A DNA stretch of 63,011 bases, from contig CAJXFK010000004.1 in NCBI GenBank assembly GCA_913052575.1, positions 1 through 63,011 on the forward strand, read 5' to 3'. Below are positions 58,584 through 63,011 of the stretch, in pieces. The first letter of the stretch is position 1; each line of letters begins with the position of its first letter. The DNA comes from an uncultured Planctomycetaceae bacterium. Lineage in GTDB: Bacteria; Planctomycetota; Planctomycetia; Pirellulales; UBA1268. The notes beneath the pieces are model-generated. The model was given only the letters and a program-made list of their open reading frames with translations. It was not told the DNA's origin and did not search any database. The position numbers and the translations under genes were made by a program.

Positions 58584-59558
58584 CTAGGTTTGACGGCTCA
58601 CAACCCACCTAGCTAGTGCGACGAGCGATTCAGCAGCATCACCATAGCCCGAAAGAGTCGCCGCCGCTTGCTCCGAAAGGGTCTTGGCTCGCTCTCGGCT
58701 GAGTTCTTTCCCAAGTACTGTTGGAAAAGTGATTTTCCCTCGATTGGCGTCTTTTCCGACACGTTTTCCCATATTTGACTCAGATCCCTCAGCATCGAGA
58801 AGATCATCCGCTATTTGAAAAGCAAGACCAAAGGCCTTTCCGTATTCCTCGAGGTCGTGTCTGCACTGAGGACTTCCACTTCCTGCTAGGCAACCAAGGT
58901 CAAGCGATGCCAGGAAAAGGCAGCCAGTTTTTCGCCGATGCACTCTTTCCATCCATTGGACCTGCTGGTCGGGCGTTTGTTCAGAGAGATCAGGAACCCA
59001 CCCTCTCTCTGCAGCCAAATCATCTACCTGTCCACCAACGAGTGATTCTGCACCGGCTGCTTGAGCTAATATCAGGCACGCTTCAGGGACAATTTCTGGA
59101 GGCATGCCACTGGCCAGCACCTTGAACGCAAGTGGTTGTAGAGCATCACCACACAATATAGCTGTCGCTTCGTCAAAAGCACGGTGGCAGGTTGGTCGAC
59201 CACGACGTAAATCATCGTCGTCCATTGCCGGAAGGTCATCATGCACAAGTGAGTATGCGTGGATAATTTCAACCGCAAGAGCAGCTGGAGCAGCTTGCTC
59301 CCAAGTTCCACCGCAGGTCCGCGATGCTTCAAGTACTAAGGCTGGTCGGAGCCTTTTCCCAGGAGCGAGAAGAGCATGCCGCATGGCATCTACCAAACGC
59401 GGAGCGGCCTGATCAGAGAAAGAAAGAGCAGATTCAAGTCGTGGGTTGATAAACTCCTGAACAGCAGCAAGAGTTGCTTGAATACGTTGTTGTGAGTGGC
59501 TCGCTGAGGCATTCATGAAAGTCTCGGAAAAAAATTCAGTATTGGTTGTTTTGTTCAT
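58584..59558 (-). CDS. ispA: Farnesyl/geranylgeranyl diphosphate synthase
   Basis: GKRLRP, SLVHDDLPAMDDDDLRRG, GQ..D, KT, FQIADD. Confidence 0.94.
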   Translation of the reverse strand: MNKTTNTEFFSETFMNASASHSQQRIQATLAAVQEFINPRLESALSFSDQAAPRLVDAMRHALLAPGKRLRPALVLEASRTCGGTWEQAAPAALAVEIIHAYSLVHDDLPAMDDDDLRRGRPTCHRAFDEATAILCGDALQPLAFKVLASGMPPEIVPEACLILAQAAGAESLVGGQVDDLAAERGWVPDLSEQTPDQQVQWMERVHRRKTGCLFLASLDLGCLAGSGSPQCRHDLEEYGKAFGLAFQIADDLLDAEGSESNMGKRVGKDANRGKITFPTVLGKELSRERAKTLSEQAAATLSGYGDAAESLVALARWVVSRQT

Positions 59559-59616
59559 GCCCGGTCATAGCAAAGTACTGCGTGCTATTCTTATGCGATG
59601 TATTACAGCACGTGTT

Positions 59617-60030
59617 CTACGCTCCTGGTGTGACTTCGTCCATTCCAGGTAGTTGATGTCGATTCTCGTGGTGACTCGTAGAGATTCTCTGTTTCTTTGT
59701 TTGGTCTTCGGCTTTCTCATCCTGTACTTTTGTTTTTTTTCTTCGTCCTGCTTTTGAAGTGTTATGACCGTTCTCAGTTGCAGTAGGAGCACTTTCAAAG
59801 ACTGGATTTCCATCTTCATCAATTCGTACGAGGGTGACAACTCGCTGCTCTATATCGCTGAGTTCTTCATGCAGTTGGCGCAGTAACGAGACGCCCTGCT
59901 CGTACGCCTCGATAGATTCAGTGAGTCCTAATTCTCGAGACTCCATCTGATTGATGACAGCGTCAAGTTTTTCGAGTGAGGCCTCGAAAGACAGTTGTTT
60001 TTTATTCACCTTTGTTTTTTTTTCAGTCAT
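59617..60030 (-). CDS. xseB: Exodeoxyribonuclease VII small subunit with a charged C-terminal extension
   Basis: SFEASLEKL..VI..ME..L.L.ESI..YEQG; located between xseA and ispA. Confidence 0.9.
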   Translation of the reverse strand: MTEKKTKVNKKQLSFEASLEKLDAVINQMESRELGLTESIEAYEQGVSLLRQLHEELSDIEQRVVTLVRIDEDGNPVFESAPTATENGHNTSKAGRRKKTKVQDEKAEDQTKKQRISTSHHENRHQLPGMDEVTPGA

Positions 60031-60045
60031 AACACTTCTTGTTGT

Positions 60046-61320
60046 CTAGGTTTCCCCAACTTGCTCACCGGGTTTATAGTGACTTGTATTCACGCTTCGT
60101 TCAACTCGACTGTGCAGTTCGCCATGAGCCAGTTTTGTGATAATAGAAGTTCCTGAAGGAGCTTGAATCCACGAGTCGATGGCTTCTTTGGTCTTCGCAT
60201 TAGTTGTTACTGAGTAGCCTTTGGAGAGAAGTTTTAGTGGGCTGTTGGCCTCAAGCAAAGCCGCCACGGAACTTAATTGATCCTTCGACTGTTTTAATTT
60301 TTGAGATCCTTGACGCTGCAGCCGCTGTGCTTTTTCCAAGAGACGCTGACGGGCATCATGAATATTGCGATACGGAAATGCTAATGGTCGTGCAGTTGCA
60401 ATTTGATTGAGGCGTTGACGGGTTGATGTGATACGCCGAGTCAATTCGTTATCCAATCTTTTCCCAGAAAGACACAGGTTGTCGAGCACTTGCTGGCGTT
60501 CAACTGCAATGTGGATGGCAGCATCAGTCGGGGTTAAGCCGCGCATGTCTGCGACAAGGTCAACAAGAGAGACATCAATTTCGTGGCCAATCCCTGCAAT
60601 AATTGGAATTTTGCTTTCAGCAACTGCCCGCACAAGTATTTCTTCATTGAAAGACCAGAGGTCTTCAAGGCTTCCTCCACCGCGAACAATTGCAATGACG
60701 TCCAGCAGAGGACTTAATTGTCCTGCCCGCACAAGGCTCGAAGCTAATTCCTCAGCCGCACCTGCTCCTTGCACACGAGACGGGAAGAGCACGACATCAG
60801 CAATTGGCCAGCGGTTTACCAGCGTTTTCAGAAAATCTGAAACTGCGGCACCGGACGGGCTTGTGATGAGACCAATTCGACGTGGGTACTGTGGCAAATC
60901 CTGTTTTCTGCTGACAGAAAATAGTCCTTCGTCTTCAAGGCGTGCGTGTAGTTCACGAAGTTTTGCTTCAAGCGTACCTGTTCCAAGGGCATGGCAACGA
61001 TCGATAGTCAGCTGGTAGCTTCCCCGGGGGGGGTAGACTTCTATTCGGCCGTGACATACTACTTCCATGCCGTCGGTTGGTTCGATAGCAAGTGAACCTC
61101 GAGTTCCTCGCCAAATAACACTGCGGAGCAGTGCTGTTTCGTCTTTGAGGCCTAAGTAGATATGACCAGAGCCTGCAGTTGCAAGATTGGTGACTTCACC
61201 AGTAACCCATACATCGGTAAACCGTGATTCGAGGTGATCCTTGACGCGAGCCGTAACCTGAGACACGCTCAAGGCATCTTCAGCAAGATCTGTTGGTTGT
61301 TTTTTTGTGCCACGCTTCAT
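60046..61320 (-). CDS. xseA: Exodeoxyribonuclease VII large subunit
   Basis: VWVTGEV, SGHIY..LKD, ITSPSGAA, RGGGSLEDLWSFN, GIGHEID, TPT.AA. Confidence 0.96.
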   Translation of the reverse strand: MKRGTKKQPTDLAEDALSVSQVTARVKDHLESRFTDVWVTGEVTNLATAGSGHIYLGLKDETALLRSVIWRGTRGSLAIEPTDGMEVVCHGRIEVYPPRGSYQLTIDRCHALGTGTLEAKLRELHARLEDEGLFSVSRKQDLPQYPRRIGLITSPSGAAVSDFLKTLVNRWPIADVVLFPSRVQGAGAAEELASSLVRAGQLSPLLDVIAIVRGGGSLEDLWSFNEEILVRAVAESKIPIIAGIGHEIDVSLVDLVADMRGLTPTDAAIHIAVERQQVLDNLCLSGKRLDNELTRRITSTRQRLNQIATARPLAFPYRNIHDARQRLLEKAQRLQRQGSQKLKQSKDQLSSVAALLEANSPLKLLSKGYSVTTNAKTKEAIDSWIQAPSGTSIITKLAHGELHSRVERSVNTSHYKPGEQVGET

Positions 61321-61383
61321 CTCTCATATCATACCAATCTGCGACAATGTCGCTCTACCCGGCTCACCTTTAACGAGTTTACT

Positions 61384-62706
61384 ATGACATCACAGCCTGT
61401 ATCCCAAGGAACCACTCCGAGGTTTGCTTTACTCATTGTTTTTTTAACGGTTTTTATCGATCTTTTAGGCTTTGGCATTGTCTTACCCGTTATGCCGAGG
61501 CAGGCGGAGCCATATCTCAACGCACTTGAAGTATCAGAAGTTGCAGCAGGAGGAATTATAGGTGTTTTGTTTTCAGTGTTTTCATTGATGCAATTCATTT
61601 TTAGTCCGATCTGGGGCCGCCTATCTGACCGATTCGGAAGAAAGCCACTCTTGATCTTAAGCCTATTAGGCTCGGTCGTCTTCTACGCGTTATATGGTTA
61701 CGCCGTGTCCCTACCATTTGAACAAGCGCAACTTGCTTTGGGGTTGATGTTGTTTTCACGAATTGGAGCCGGAATCGCTGGGGCAAGTGTAGGGACTGCG
61801 GCTGCAGTAATCGCAGACTGCACGACGCCAGAGCGTCGTGCCCGCGGGATGGCATTAATTGGTATCGCGTTTGGAGCAGGATTTACACTTGGTCCACTCA
61901 TTGCTTATTTTGGGCTCGCTCTTTTCAACGAGCGACCTTGGGGAGTTGGAGCTCTTGCGTCACTTCTCTCTCTTGTGGCATTGCTTTTAGCCGTGTTTGT
62001 TTTTCGGGAAACAAGAGTGCCGGGCAGAACAGCGGCAAAGGAATTTTTTAGTATGAGTCGGACGGTGTCTGTTTTGCGAATGCCAGCAGTCGGTGGTCTT
62101 ATTCTTATTTATTTCTTGGCAATCTTTTCATTCGCAAATTTTGAGGCGACGCTTGCACGGTATACGCGAGCGGCATTTGGTATGAATGACGACGATAATT
62201 TCCTTGTTTTTGCCGCTATTGGTGCTCTGTTGCTCGTGGCAGGAGGCCTCTACCGTCCTCTTGCAAAACGGTTTTCTGAAGTGTCGTTGATGTCGGTGGG
62301 ACTTATTCAGATGATTCTAGGGCTTGGTGGATTAGCACTGGTTTCATCGGTGTTATTTCAGGCACGAGCAAGTGCAGATATGGCCCTTGACGGTGTTGAC
62401 GATGGGATAAAAACTGCTTTTTACATAGCTTCGGCATTCGCAGTATGGGGGTTTGCTTTTGTGAATCCCTCAGTTTCTGCACTTGTTTCACGATCTGCAG
62501 ATTCTTCTGAGCAGGGAGAAGTGTTAGGTGTCAATCAATCCTTTGCCTCGCTTGGTCGTATACTAGGTCCGCTTGTGGGATCTCTACTATTTGCTGTTCA
62601 CCCATCCCATGCCTTGCCGTTTGTTGTAGCAGTACTCACGCTCTTTTTCGTCGGTGCAATCCTGAGAAGTGTTGCATCGACAATACGTAATCGAGTGAAC
62701 GCGTGA
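61384..62706 (+). CDS. MFS transporter, TetA/DHA1-like
   Basis: TVFIDLLGFGIVLP, motif A GRLSDRFGRKP, motif C GF.LGP; about 12 TMs. Confidence 0.9.
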   Translation: MTSQPVSQGTTPRFALLIVFLTVFIDLLGFGIVLPVMPRQAEPYLNALEVSEVAAGGIIGVLFSVFSLMQFIFSPIWGRLSDRFGRKPLLILSLLGSVVFYALYGYAVSLPFEQAQLALGLMLFSRIGAGIAGASVGTAAAVIADCTTPERRARGMALIGIAFGAGFTLGPLIAYFGLALFNERPWGVGALASLLSLVALLLAVFVFRETRVPGRTAAKEFFSMSRTVSVLRMPAVGGLILIYFLAIFSFANFEATLARYTRAAFGMNDDDNFLVFAAIGALLLVAGGLYRPLAKRFSEVSLMSVGLIQMILGLGGLALVSSVLFQARASADMALDGVDDGIKTAFYIASAFAVWGFAFVNPSVSALVSRSADSSEQGEVLGVNQSFASLGRILGPLVGSLLFAVHPSHALPFVVAVLTLFFVGAILRSVASTIRNRVNA

Positions 62707-62717
62707 CCTTAAATTTA

Positions 62718-63011
62718 TTAGGGCGTACGAAGGTCGGTCTGAGTGACATTGTTTGGATCGTCCTGGATAAACGTCTCACGATTGAGTTCGAACTGTTCTA
62801 ATTTTCGGTAGAGCGTGGCACGGCTTATCCCAAGTTCTTCTGCAGCGTCAGGTATCTTGCCCTCTGCTCTCCGTAAGGCCTCTGTAATCAGAATCTTTTG
62901 CCACTCATCCAGCCTTAAAGATCCCTTAAGCTTCGCTGAGATTTGTTGGAAATTCGGGAAAGCCATTGTCTGAAGTTCTTCGGGAGTTGCGTCTACCGTA
63001 TCGACTCCGGC
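62718..63011 (-). CDS. C-terminal Fis-type HTH of a probable sigma54-dependent regulator (partial)
   Basis: EAL....G....AAEELGISRATLYRKL; the frame stays open to the window edge. Confidence 0.8.
   Translation of the reverse strand, partial: AGVDTVDATPEELQTMAFPNFQQISAKLKGSLRLDEWQKILITEALRRAEGKIPDAAEELGISRATLYRKLEQFELNRETFIQDDPNNVTQTDLRTP

Noticed and set aside
61384-62706. Acquired tetracycline resistance gene
   Set aside because: Generic DHA1-type MFS in core-gene context, with no tetR or mobile element; substrate cannot be inferred
1-63011. Prophage, integron, IS, toxin-antitoxin or anti-phage defence locus
   Set aside because: No integrase, transposase, phage structural or defence-domain ORFs recognised, and no obvious compositional island by eye

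Overview
Core-genome segment of a planctomycete (inferred Pirellulales-like, roughly 48% GC by eye). The lineage call rests on restricted families (DUF1549/DUF1553 plus DUF1501, TIGR03009, Minf_1886-type, insertion-bearing L17). In order, the window holds: the distal spc and alpha ribosomal operons (rplN end to rplQ; rpmD, infA and rpsD are absent from their usual slots); speA-nadE; pckA; an exported Gpx; a GT2 plus two tandem ArnT-type glycosyltransferases divergent from gyrA-ugd; a membrane pyrophosphatase coupled to tgt-yajC-secDF; several envelope or secreted proteins; tilS; an AsmA-like gene with dapF and DUF374; a divergent dnaA paralog; and the xseA-xseB-ispA-dxs-nadK cluster. I see no rRNA, tRNA, CRISPR array, prophage, IS element or defence system, and no clear-cut novel system. 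The best leads are: (i) the GT2/2xArnT/ugd lipid-linked glycosylation module lacking arnABD; (ii) a PPase with the Na+,H+ dual-pump signature translationally coupled to tgt-yajC-secDF; (iii) a second DnaA with an altered DNA-recognition helix and a motif-dense upstream region; (iv) an unannotated 32-33 aa membrane micro-protein in a lineage-specific cluster; (v) a nucleophile-less alpha/beta hydrolase with a 30-bp repeat; (vi) a GyrA with two perfect GyrA-boxes and a VNTR tail. All family calls come from motif recognition by eye, not from database searches.
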